Shown piece by piece: positions 1 to 8,762 of a stretch of 19,100 nucleotides of DNA. The first letter of the stretch is position 1; the number at the start of each line of letters is the position of its first letter. Source of the DNA: Oligoflexales bacterium (GTDB taxonomy: Bacteria > Bdellovibrionota_B > Oligoflexia > Oligoflexales > Bog-1112). The notes beneath the pieces are model-generated. The model ran no database searches, was not told where the DNA came from, and was given only the letters and a program-made list of their open reading frames with translations. The stretch covers positions 1 through 19,100 of the forward strand of contig JBGCDR010000009.1 in assembly GCA_045105515.1 (NCBI GenBank). Direction: 5' to 3'. The translations under genes were made by a program, and so were the position numbers.

Positions 1-262
1 GAAGATATTTAATTGCCGAAAATATGGTATTTTTCACTTATCACTGGAAAATAAGAAGAGTTTTTAAAATTAATTTCAACCGCGATAAAAAAAACTGAGT
101 TGCAAAGGCAAGAATTTAGTTTCCGACCAGACACTAGATAATTTGCAACCCTACTAATATACGTAAGCATAGACTTCGTATTTTCTAGGTTAGGCAAGTA
201 AACTAGGCAGGAGCATAATGGCTCCTTAAAAATGAATTTATCGTTATAATATCGGATTTACT

Positions 263-1432
263 ATGTTTTTTAAGATGTTCTTCAAGTTTAAATTTTTTTC
301 TTCGTTTTTGAGTCTATTGGCCTTTCTTACTGCAATTAAAAGTTCAGCATGTGAAGAATCTCCACGTTGTGAACTAACAAAACCAACTTTAACTTTTAGC
401 AAAAGCCCCACCTCTGTTGTGGAAGGTACTGAATATTTTGGAGCAGAAGGCGGGCGGCGTTCAAAATATCAGCGAAAAAAGGTTTGTAGGAAGCTTAAGG
501 GCTTTAGCGACATCGGTTTTGATGATGGTTGGGTCCTATCATCCCCGGAGCAAACTTTTCAGCAGAATACGGAGCCCTTAGAAAGCAAAATTAATGCACC
601 TGAGGATTTTAAGCGTTTGGGTGACAGGAAGTTGAAAAGTTTTTGGCAAGATGAAACCGAAAAAGCTGCTTTAGAAAACCGAGAGCCAAAATATTTGCCA
701 CTAATTTTAGAGGCACTTGAGGAACGGCTAAATATTTTTACAATTAAAAAAGAAGAAGATTTAGTAACAAGAGAAGATCTGACGATGCATGCCTATAGTT
801 TAATGGTTGTCATGAGAAAGTATTACTCCTCTGCTCGGTATGTTGTTGAGTCTTCTATTGGCTCGGCCTCACGCTTAAGCTCAGAATTTTCTAATAATGA
901 GGCTGTTTGGAGGGCTTTTAAGTCAGCTGCTTGGAGTTCTATTGATTGGTCTTCTCGCTGGGACTTTGAGTTTGCCTCTGACACATCTGTCGATTGGTTT
1001 ACCGGTTGGAATTTGGACGTGTCCTTGGACTGGAATACCACTGATTCTGCGCTTTGGTCTGAAGCCAGAGATGCAACTGGGACTGCTGTTTGGTTGACTA
1101 TTCAGTCTGCTAAAAACCGTGCTAAATTGGACAAAGACTTAGGTAGGTTCGTATATCATGTAGCTGAAAAAGTTTCCTTACTTCATTTTTTAAAGAATTT
1201 CGACGCCATCGTTGAGGATTTCTATATTGCATCATCAAAGTTGATATTTGACTCCGAGAATAATATTTTTTCATCTGAGGAAGAATGGTTTAAAATAAAA
1301 AATTATTTCGAGTTGGCAAGTGATGACGTTATGCCTTTTCTAAGGCCTTGGTGGAAAGAGCTGTGTCGTATCAAAGCTAAAATTAAAGAGCTTGAAGAAA
1401 TTAAAGAGCTCGAAAAGGAATTCGTCTATTAG
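263..1432 (+). CDS. Secreted hypothetical protein with a degenerate S/A-A-W tetrapeptide-repeat region
   Basis: 389-aa ORF with a basic then hydrophobic N-terminus (KFKFFSSFLSLLAFLTAIKSSA|C). It has 9 Trp between residues 216 and 277, mostly in a period-4 register. The start could be the ATG at 275. Confidence 0.75.
   Translation: MFFKMFFKFKFFSSFLSLLAFLTAIKSSACEESPRCELTKPTLTFSKSPTSVVEGTEYFGAEGGRRSKYQRKKVCRKLKGFSDIGFDDGWVLSSPEQTFQQNTEPLESKINAPEDFKRLGDRKLKSFWQDETEKAALENREPKYLPLILEALEERLNIFTIKKEEDLVTREDLTMHAYSLMVVMRKYYSSARYVVESSIGSASRLSSEFSNNEAVWRAFKSAAWSSIDWSSRWDFEFASDTSVDWFTGWNLDVSLDWNTTDSALWSEARDATGTAVWLTIQSAKNRAKLDKDLGRFVYHVAEKVSLLHFLKNFDAIVEDFYIASSKLIFDSENNIFSSEEEWFKIKNYFELASDDVMPFLRPWWKELCRIKAKIKELEEIKELEKEFVY
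1381..1416 (+). repeat. Two-copy 18-bp tandem repeat (IKELEE/IKELEK) at the 3' end of the CDS
   Basis: aattaaagagcttgaaga followed by aattaaagagctcgaaaa. Confidence 0.7.
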
Positions 1433-1476
1433 CTTAGATTACAATTCTTAAAAAGTGGTCTCAAATTTGCGTATTA

Positions 1477-3690
1477 CTAAAGCGATTTTAAAAAATCTAT
1501 GAGTTGCGATCTTTGCGTGGAATTGAGAGTGTTTTTAAAGTATTCCTTTGCAAATTCTGCTTGCCCACCATGCCATAGAATTGCCTCAGGCAATGACCTA
1601 GCTCTTCCATCATGGAGGTAGGACTCTACTTGATTGCCGAGATCCACGGATTGAGGTGTTTGCAATGGTTTTGTGGACAATGATTTAGTTAAACCTAGCC
1701 CCCAGAGCGGAGGTGTTCGCCATTCATTTCCTTTCGCTAAACCCTCTCCCCCAAGGTTGTCGGCAAGGTCGGGTCCCATATCATGAAGTAAAAAGTCTGA
1801 ATATGGATGAATGGTCTGGTTTCTTAAAATTGCAAATGGGTGATTAGGGCCTGTTTCTAGTCTAGGGCTATGACAAGAAACGCATCCGGCTTCAGAAAAA
1901 ATTGCTTCTCCTGCTATTACATTTACATCTGAGGCGTTTCTTCTTGGAGGAACTCCGAGATTTGCCAAGTAACTTACAACTTTATCAATAGATTCATCTG
2001 AAATTTCTTCTGAATTTGGTGCTGCTGGGTCAGGAAATGTGTTAGAGGTAACACCCATATCTTGTTTAAAGGCTCCTGCAACCTGATTCTTAAGGCTATA
2101 TCGCTCGCTTTTCCACCCAAACCGGCCAATTCTTGTTTTTCCTGTGTTTGGATCTTTGATGAGGTTTGCTTTGCCCGAAATTCCCTCTTTTTTATCTAGA
2201 AAAACAGTCTCATCGAGGGCTTCTATTAAGCCTACTCCAATGATTGGCCTTGCTGCTCTTGGAGAAAAGCTAGTTATTTCTGTATCTGAGAAATTAAACA
2301 TAGGTTTACGGAGCTCATATTCTTCCCCGTCACCATATGTCCCTTTGATATACTCCCATTGAACCGTAACACTGCCTTCTCTTTGGCCCTGAGTTTGAAG
2401 TTCTTTACCGTATTTTGCATGGGGTATAATCTGACCACTTGTATCCACTGAACCTAATTTAAAAACCATATTTGTAATTTCATTTCCTTCTTGTGGTGGC
2501 AAACCTCTCCCGTTGTTGATATGGCATGAAATACAAGATTCTGATATATAGCTTGGGCCTGCTGATTTTGCAGTTTCTATTGGTTCATTCCTTGGGTCAC
2601 TATGGGTACCATCAATAAAGTTGGTATGAAATAGACGCCTTCCTTCTACAAAATTTTGAGCATTTTCAGGTGCTATGTTTGGTGCCATCTGAGCAAGCAT
2701 TAATTCTGGTTCCTCACTAACATCAGATGAAAGGCTGGCATCACCTCCAAGAATAGATTCTTCAGTTAATGGGGTTCCAAGGAAACCGCTGATCGTGGAA
2801 CTACTGCCTTTTTGATCGGATTCTTTCCATGGCTTAAGTCCTGGCTCTCCGAGTGCTAGATGCCACGCCCTTGAGTAGTAACTTGGGGCACCTCGTGGAG
2901 AGGGGTTGTTTAGGAAAATAAATGTTATCTCAAATTCCATTATATTGCCAGCCATAATGAGAGCATTATTCCTAATGGTATAGGTATAATGATAGGCATC
3001 TTCGCTGTTAGGTCGTTCTGGATCCGGAGTAAATAAACCGGCCATATGATAATCATTTAATGACCCAATCCCTGAATAGAAGAAGCGTCCAGTAAGACGA
3101 TCACTCATTGGTGCTCTAGTTGTGACTTTGAAAGTGACCTCTGCGACACCTTGCTTTGTTTTGTCAATAACTTCGACTTGAAAAGTTCTCTTTTCAAAAT
3201 AAAAGGATGGGAATTTAAGATATTGACCAATAATGGCATTTGCTCCAGGATCGATCTGTTTCGCTGACTCTCTAGCGTGGCGAACCCTAACCCTTCCACC
3301 AAAATAAGTGTAGGAAATATCGTTTTCTAGTTTATTCTTCTGTTCTTGCTTTTCAGTGTCGGCAGAGAAAAGTGGTTCAAACTCGATGTTTGTCGAATTT
3401 TGGATCGGCTGGTCATTATTATCTTTGTTTATACCATTGTTATCAGATGAATTATCCATTTCACCTGATTCACCTGATTCATTTTTTTGATCAGGCGAAT
3501 CCTCAAGACTATCTTTACTCGTTTCAACATGGGTTTCAATCACTGTGATGTTCCCGTTTTGTCGCACATTTGAGTCCCTCTGACTTGATTTTCGTGTTTT
3601 AGAATTGCATGCAAAGGATGCCAAGAGAATGCACAATACTAAGGTTTTATTCGAAAAAGTAGTTGCCCATGAATCCATGATAATTCTCAT
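1477..3690 (-). CDS. Di-heme oxidoreductase family (DHOR / thiol oxidoreductase-like) c-type cytochrome lipoprotein with an extra N-terminal domain
   Basis: Two CxxCH motifs: CISCH (2521-2535) and CVSCH (1870-1884). Family motifs GRFGWK, YSDFLLHDMG, EWRTPPLWGLG and YLHDGRARSLPEAILWHGG are present. Lipobox-like LASFAC is followed by an S/N/D/E-rich linker. Confidence 0.9.
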   Translation of the reverse strand: MRIIMDSWATTFSNKTLVLCILLASFACNSKTRKSSQRDSNVRQNGNITVIETHVETSKDSLEDSPDQKNESGESGEMDNSSDNNGINKDNNDQPIQNSTNIEFEPLFSADTEKQEQKNKLENDISYTYFGGRVRVRHARESAKQIDPGANAIIGQYLKFPSFYFEKRTFQVEVIDKTKQGVAEVTFKVTTRAPMSDRLTGRFFYSGIGSLNDYHMAGLFTPDPERPNSEDAYHYTYTIRNNALIMAGNIMEFEITFIFLNNPSPRGAPSYYSRAWHLALGEPGLKPWKESDQKGSSSTISGFLGTPLTEESILGGDASLSSDVSEEPELMLAQMAPNIAPENAQNFVEGRRLFHTNFIDGTHSDPRNEPIETAKSAGPSYISESCISCHINNGRGLPPQEGNEITNMVFKLGSVDTSGQIIPHAKYGKELQTQGQREGSVTVQWEYIKGTYGDGEEYELRKPMFNFSDTEITSFSPRAARPIIGVGLIEALDETVFLDKKEGISGKANLIKDPNTGKTRIGRFGWKSERYSLKNQVAGAFKQDMGVTSNTFPDPAAPNSEEISDESIDKVVSYLANLGVPPRRNASDVNVIAGEAIFSEAGCVSCHSPRLETGPNHPFAILRNQTIHPYSDFLLHDMGPDLADNLGGEGLAKGNEWRTPPLWGLGLTKSLSTKPLQTPQSVDLGNQVESYLHDGRARSLPEAILWHGGQAEFAKEYFKNTLNSTQRSQLIDFLKSL

Positions 3691-3717
3691 TATTTAGTGG
3701 TGTTTTATCGTAGAGTC

Positions 3718-3745
3718 TTATCGGAATGTCGTGATTTAGAGTTTA
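3718..3745 (-). promoter_or_regulatory. Possible sigma-28 (FliA)-like promoter for the DHOR gene
   Basis: The minus strand reads TAAA-N16-TCCGATAA, against the consensus TAAA-N15-GCCGATAA. Confidence 0.3.
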
Positions 3746-3981
3746 CTTTGTCTTTTTACTTGCTATTTTTATTGGAGTTTTCTCATTTAATTTTTAGCTT
3801 GCCCATGCAAATCATTAGCTGCTGCAAATTTGTTTTATATATTCGACTGTTAATGACCATGACAATAGTCCAAAATGATGCTAGATTTCTGTGTAGTGGA
3901 TCCCTTGGCTAGGCTTTAGGGTGATAGAGGTTTTTTGGAAGCTAGATTTTGAATAAGCTTACTTAGAAAGGCAAATTCGTA

Positions 3982-6900
3982 TTGGGAACTTATTATGGTT
4001 TGTTGGGACTACAGCAGGGAATTCTCTCTAGTTTTGAGCGTTCGCAAAAAGTACAGGTAGCTACTGAGAGCGAAGCTGCAAATCAGCTAAGCATTACAGG
4101 CTTTCTAGCTCACCTAGCCAAGCACCACCAGCAAGGTTCGAAGGCATGCGGATTGGTTATTTTGCCAAATTCTAAAGATATGGGGCTCTGGTTTGAGGTG
4201 CTTAGTGCAAACTTAGAAGACTTAGAGCATATTAGGCTTCATCAGTTTGTTCCCTATTCCATGTGGGGTAATGACCGTTTTATTAACCATAGCATTTTAA
4301 TCAGACGCAGATTGTCAGCTCTTGCTGATCTGGTTGAAGCTAGTAAGTTTAATGTTATTGTCACAACCTTGCAGGCAATGGCTCAGCGAACTATTTCTTT
4401 AGAGGTCTTCACCCAACAACAGCTACGCCTGAAGGCAGATAATGATTACGATTTTGAATTCATCCTCAGCAGATTAGAATTGTCTGGCTATCAGAAGGTG
4501 CATCGCATAGAGGAGGCAGGTTATTATGCGGTTAGGGGTGGGGTTTTGGATATTTTTCCTATCAATTCAGCAAAGCCAATCCGTCTTGAGTTTTTGGGAG
4601 ATGAACTCACTTCTATTCGTAAGTTTTCCCTTGAGAATCAAAGATCTGAAGAAAGTCTAAAGCAGATTTCGGTTTATCCATGCCAGGAAGCTGTGCTTTT
4701 TCCGGAAAAAGTTAAAGCATATACTCAGACACTTCATAAGGAATTACTTGCACAAAAATGCAAAGCCGAAGACCGAAGTGGTATGGTTGAAACCTTGGAA
4801 AAAGGACTACGCTTCAATTTATTCGAACTATTCGCTCCTTTATTCCGGTACCAAGATGCAAGTATTTTCGATTTTATTGGGTCTGGTAGTTATGCTGTAT
4901 TTCCACAAAACTATCATTCCTGTATTGAGGCTTATAAAGAAAATCTTGAATTCTTAGATTCAGGATTTGAACAAGATGTTAAAGCCCAAAGAGCAACCTT
5001 AAATCCTAATAAACATTTTTTAGGAGATGCTCTTTTTGAATTACTTAAAGGCCTAGATGTTTCCTGGTTAGAATTTAGGAAGGTGACACCTGAAACAGGT
5101 TTTGATGAACACATTCTGCAGAATACAGGTTTAAATCTTCCTCCTCTGATTCCTGAAGCTCCTAAATATGAGCGTTGGATTCCAGTATGGAAAGACATTG
5201 CTCAAAATGGCGGAAGAATAGCAGTAGTAGGGGAAAGCAAGCATGAAGCCTCGATATTTGAGGATATTCTTAGTCGTAATCATTGGGATAAGCCAGAGAA
5301 ATCTCGCTTTTATCAGGTGTTAGACTTCGGAAAGCCAAATTCTGTTTTTGCAACAGAGATGACGGGGCAGATATCAAATTGGTATTGGGATGCTGAATCA
5401 TCGCTACTCTTTTTACCAAGATCTGAGTTATTTGCACCTGCTAAAAAGAAGAGGCGAGCAGCATCGAAACAGCTGCAACATTATCTAAACTCCTTTAAAG
5501 ATTTAAAGGTGGGTGACTTAGTTGTACATGCGCAACATGGAATCGGCAGCTACCAAGGCATGCGTCAGATTCAAGTAGCTGGGGCTTGCAATGATTTTCT
5601 TGATCTTGAGTATCAAGGAGGCGACAAGGTATTTTTACCTGTAGATCGGATTTCTCTACTTCAACGGTATTATGGCTCTGAGCAGGGAAAGGAAGCTTCG
5701 CTAGATCGATTGGGGGGAGGAGCTTGGAATCGACGTAAAACGAAGGTTTCACAGGCCATCAAGGATATTGCTGAAGATTTGCTACGCATCCAGGCTCAAA
5801 GAGCTATGAAGAAAGCTTATCGTTATGAGCAGGCGAATGAGTTGTTTCAGAAGTTTGTTGATGATTTTCCATATGAAGAAACTGAGGATCAGCTAAAGGC
5901 ATGGGAAGATATCAATGCAGACTTTTGTAGCAACAAACCAATGGATCGCGTTGTTGTGGGTGATGTGGGCTTTGGGAAAACAGAAGTTGCTATGCGTGCT
6001 ACCATGCGTGCGGTTCTTGCTGGTTTTCAGGTTCTTGTCTTAGTCCCAACAACTGTTTTATGCTACCAACATGCCCAAACCTTTAAAGAACGACTTGGTA
6101 AATATGGAGTTGAAGTAGGGAGTATCAATCGGTTCCACAAAATGGGGCAGCAAAAGGAAGTTTTACATAATCTCAGAAAGGGAACCTGTGATGTCCTTAT
6201 AGGGACGCACAGAATTTTGTCTAAAGATTGTAAACCTAAAAATCTTGGTCTTGTCATTATCGATGAAGAACATCGTTTTGGGGTTAGCCATAAAGAATCT
6301 TTAAAGGAGCTAAAAAGTAATGCGGATATCTTAGTCTTAACAGCTACTCCCATTCCTCGAACCTTGCACATGGCTATGATTGGAATTCGCGATATATCGA
6401 TGATTGCTACTCCTCCTCATGATCGTTTACCGGTTAAAACCTTGGTTTCAAAATTTGATGATCAGTTGATTGAAGATGCTATCAAATACGAACTGAGTCG
6501 AGGGGGTCAGGTATTTTATTTACAGAACCGAGTGAAAGGCATAGAAGAAACAGTTGGATTCTTGAAGAAGCTAGTGCCTCGTGCTCGGATTGATTTTGCT
6601 CATGGGCAGATGAATCAATCACAACTTGAAGACCGTATATTGGCTTTTCTAGAACAAAAGCTTGATGTTTTAGTTTGTACTACGATCATCGAGTCTGGGA
6701 TTGATATGCCCAATGTAAATACTTTACTGGTTAATCGTAGTGAATCTTTCGGTTTAGCGCAACTTTATCAATTACGCGGTAGGGTGGGGCGTTCATCTGT
6801 TCAGGCTTATGCTTATTTTTTACTTAACTCTACTAATAGTGTAAAAGATGGCTTGAAACGTTTGGAAGTGCTCCAGGCTCACCAAGAGTTAGGAGCAGGC

Positions 6901-7515
6901 TTTCATATTGCTGCTCACGACCTAGAATTGAGAGGGGCTGGTAACCTGATTGGTGGAGAGCAGTCAGGGCATGTAAACTCTATTGGCCTTGAGATGTATA
7001 CTACCATGCTCAACCAAAGTATTGAAAAACTTGCTGGTCATGCTCAAGATGAAGTACTTGATCCTGAGTTAAAACTCACATCTGGAGCTCACATTCCAGC
7101 AAAATATATGGAATATGAAGCCGATCGACTTGCTACTTATAAGCAAATTTTTTCCTGTGACCAGGAAGAAGATATTTATGAGCTTGCCGGTTCAGTTAAA
7201 GATCGTTATGGCTCGCTTCCAATACCTTTAAGTGAGTTGTTTGTTATTGCGAGCTTAAAAATCTACCTAAAAAAACTGAGAGCATCGCGATTGATAGAGC
7301 AGGGTAATGGTGAATGGAGTATCCAATTTTCTCAACTCTCTGAAGCCCAAATTGCAAAGCTCTTGACAATAGTTGGGGAGCAACAACAGGTTTTAAGCCT
7401 AGGTTCGGATTTTAGTTTAAAAATAAAGCTTAAAGATACAAACAATAACCAGGCCTTGAATCAAGGGAGATTATTGGAATGGCTCAAGACGTTTTCTATA
7501 AAGTGGATCAAGTGA
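3982..7515 (+). CDS. mfd: Transcription-repair coupling factor Mfd
   Basis: UvrB-homology segment (YAVRGGVLDIFP), CarD/RID segment (LKVGDLVVHAQHGIG), Walker A GDVGFGKT, DEEH, TATPIPRTL, QLRGRVGRS, TRG motif LELRGAGNLIGGEQSGH and a C-terminal TRCF domain. TTG start follows GAAAGG. Confidence 0.97.
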   Translation: MGTYYGLLGLQQGILSSFERSQKVQVATESEAANQLSITGFLAHLAKHHQQGSKACGLVILPNSKDMGLWFEVLSANLEDLEHIRLHQFVPYSMWGNDRFINHSILIRRRLSALADLVEASKFNVIVTTLQAMAQRTISLEVFTQQQLRLKADNDYDFEFILSRLELSGYQKVHRIEEAGYYAVRGGVLDIFPINSAKPIRLEFLGDELTSIRKFSLENQRSEESLKQISVYPCQEAVLFPEKVKAYTQTLHKELLAQKCKAEDRSGMVETLEKGLRFNLFELFAPLFRYQDASIFDFIGSGSYAVFPQNYHSCIEAYKENLEFLDSGFEQDVKAQRATLNPNKHFLGDALFELLKGLDVSWLEFRKVTPETGFDEHILQNTGLNLPPLIPEAPKYERWIPVWKDIAQNGGRIAVVGESKHEASIFEDILSRNHWDKPEKSRFYQVLDFGKPNSVFATEMTGQISNWYWDAESSLLFLPRSELFAPAKKKRRAASKQLQHYLNSFKDLKVGDLVVHAQHGIGSYQGMRQIQVAGACNDFLDLEYQGGDKVFLPVDRISLLQRYYGSEQGKEASLDRLGGGAWNRRKTKVSQAIKDIAEDLLRIQAQRAMKKAYRYEQANELFQKFVDDFPYEETEDQLKAWEDINADFCSNKPMDRVVVGDVGFGKTEVAMRATMRAVLAGFQVLVLVPTTVLCYQHAQTFKERLGKYGVEVGSINRFHKMGQQKEVLHNLRKGTCDVLIGTHRILSKDCKPKNLGLVIIDEEHRFGVSHKESLKELKSNADILVLTATPIPRTLHMAMIGIRDISMIATPPHDRLPVKTLVSKFDDQLIEDAIKYELSRGGQVFYLQNRVKGIEETVGFLKKLVPRARIDFAHGQMNQSQLEDRILAFLEQKLDVLVCTTIIESGIDMPNVNTLLVNRSESFGLAQLYQLRGRVGRSSVQAYAYFLLNSTNSVKDGLKRLEVLQAHQELGAGFHIAAHDLELRGAGNLIGGEQSGHVNSIGLEMYTTMLNQSIEKLAGHAQDEVLDPELKLTSGAHIPAKYMEYEADRLATYKQIFSCDQEEDIYELAGSVKDRYGSLPIPLSELFVIASLKIYLKKLRASRLIEQGNGEWSIQFSQLSEAQIAKLLTIVGEQQQVLSLGSDFSLKIKLKDTNNNQALNQGRLLEWLKTFSIKWIK

Positions 7516-7538
7516 TTTAGCAAATAGTCTCGACAATA

Positions 7539-7808
7539 TTATTGATCCCACTTAGTCACTTCAATGGTATCTACAGCATGACTAACAAAGCTAAGAATAT
7601 TGTCATTTATGGAAGAGTCGTCTAGATGGATGCCTTGATCTGTTAGTAGAGATGTAGCTTGCTCATACTTAAATCCTTGCAGTAACAATGCCTGGAGCTG
7701 AGCATTATATTCGAGTTTATGTCCTTCTAAACCTGAACTAGCATGATAGGTAAAGCCGACTGAGACGGCACAAAAAAGTACTAATGCAAGGAAGAAAATT
7801 TTAATCAC
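7539..7808 (-). CDS. Small (89-aa) exported or membrane-anchored hypothetical protein
   Basis: The ORF track starts it at 8027. The GTG at 7808 has an AGAGG Shine-Dalgarno and begins a signal-like segment (MIKIFFLALVLFCAVSVG), while the upstream part looks like AT-rich intergenic DNA. Confidence 0.6.
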   Translation of the reverse strand: MIKIFFLALVLFCAVSVGFTYHASSGLEGHKLEYNAQLQALLLQGFKYEQATSLLTDQGIHLDDSSINDNILSFVSHAVDTIEVTKWDQ

Positions 7809-7875
7809 GATGTAACCTCTTTTATTTAGAACTTTGAGCTTGTTTATCAAGTGCTCACTTTTATCTATAAATAAT

Positions 7876-7904
7876 ATATCGGGGTGTTCATGTAAAAGTC
7901 TTAG
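7876..7904 (-). promoter_or_regulatory. Possible sigma-28-like promoter for the 7539-7808 gene
   Basis: The minus strand reads (C)TAAG-N16-CCCGATAT about 70 nt upstream of the GTG. Confidence 0.3.
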
Positions 7905-8078
7905 TAGCTTATGTAATATACTAATATAATAATATTTAGCCTTATAATTGGACTGGGTTGAGGGATGTTTTTTTGATCGACTTAAAACCAGCTTGATACA
8001 AAGATATTTATGCACTCTATCGAACATTATTTTGAATAGCTGGAACGTATACCATTGGTCGTTTATCTCCTGATAAGA

Positions 8079-8087
8079 TGCTATAAT
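8079..8087 (+). promoter_or_regulatory. Extended -10 sigma-70 promoter element
   Basis: Perfect TGnTATAAT (tgctataat) about 145 nt upstream of the 8231 gene cluster. Confidence 0.5.
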
Positions 8088-8230
8088 CTAATAAAGAAAA
8101 TTTTCAAATCATGGTAATAAAGTTTGATAATTACTTCATAAACACCATAGCATAGTACCAGTTAAGTATAGAAAATAAAAAGATATTCATTAAAAAAATA
8201 GATGTCTAAAACAACTACGACAGGTTTTCG

Positions 8231-8746
8231 ATGACTGACGAAAAATCCTCACTATTTCATCTTGATCGTGTATATAAAGTGCTTTCATTGCTCACAACGA
8301 TGTATGATAAGGCCCTTGAATTTGAGTACCATGAATCCAGGCATAAAATCTGGCAAGATTGCTTGTTCTCAGCGATTGATAGTATCGAAAATTTTTATGA
8401 GCTCTGGGAAGTAGCTAACCGAGAGCTTGAATATGGAGTCCCTGCTGAACCATTGCCTCGCTCTTTAACCTGGATCGAAAAATCATGCGAACGGGTTCAG
8501 TTAATATCGTCGAGAATCAGCCCGTGGACTGCAGTTTCCCGCTTACCAAAAATTTTGGTGAATTCAGAAAAATATTCTCTAGTTTCCCTTAGGAAGCTTG
8601 CTGAGCATTACCCCTGTGATGTTAATGAATTGTGTTGCGTGATGGATCAACATCTGTTTAGGATTGAAAAAATGGCATCACTTTCAAACCTCTTTTCTCG
8701 TGATAAAGGCCTATTAGAACAATTACCTAAAAATCTATTTATTTAA
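8231..8746 (+). CDS. Hypothetical all-helical protein, possibly a degenerate ferritin-like four-helix bundle
   Basis: 171-aa ORF with CAGG before the ATG and a 16-nt gap to the next gene. The helix pattern (YDKALE...EKYSL..L..L...QH..RIE) loosely recalls DUF2383/PA2169-like proteins. Confidence 0.6.
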   Translation: MTDEKSSLFHLDRVYKVLSLLTTMYDKALEFEYHESRHKIWQDCLFSAIDSIENFYELWEVANRELEYGVPAEPLPRSLTWIEKSCERVQLISSRISPWTAVSRLPKILVNSEKYSLVSLRKLAEHYPCDVNELCCVMDQHLFRIEKMASLSNLFSRDKGLLEQLPKNLFI

Positions 8747-8762
8747 TCGGGAGCGCTTCTAA

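Noticed and set aside
99..226. Inverted repeats GTTGCAAA/TTTGCAAC (99-149) and AGGAGC/GCTCCT (209-226), plus ORF 9-197
   Set aside because: They are too short to distinguish from chance, lack a U-tract or recognisable RNA family, and the ORF lacks support.
823..1097. Overlapping ORFs 823-1041 (-) and 897-1097 (+)
   Set aside because: They are by-products of the stop-poor repeat region within the 263-1432 gene.
3697..3912. 71-aa ORF between the DHOR gene and mfd
   Set aside because: No Shine-Dalgarno or recognisable motif. It occupies the divergent promoter region.
2144..6371. Short alternate-frame or antisense ORFs inside the DHOR gene and mfd
   Set aside because: They are fully nested in well-supported genes and have no independent coding signals.
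7809..8027. N-terminal 73 aa of the 162-aa ORF
   Set aside because: The sequence is AT-rich and intergenic-like. A better start with a Shine-Dalgarno and signal peptide exists at 7808.
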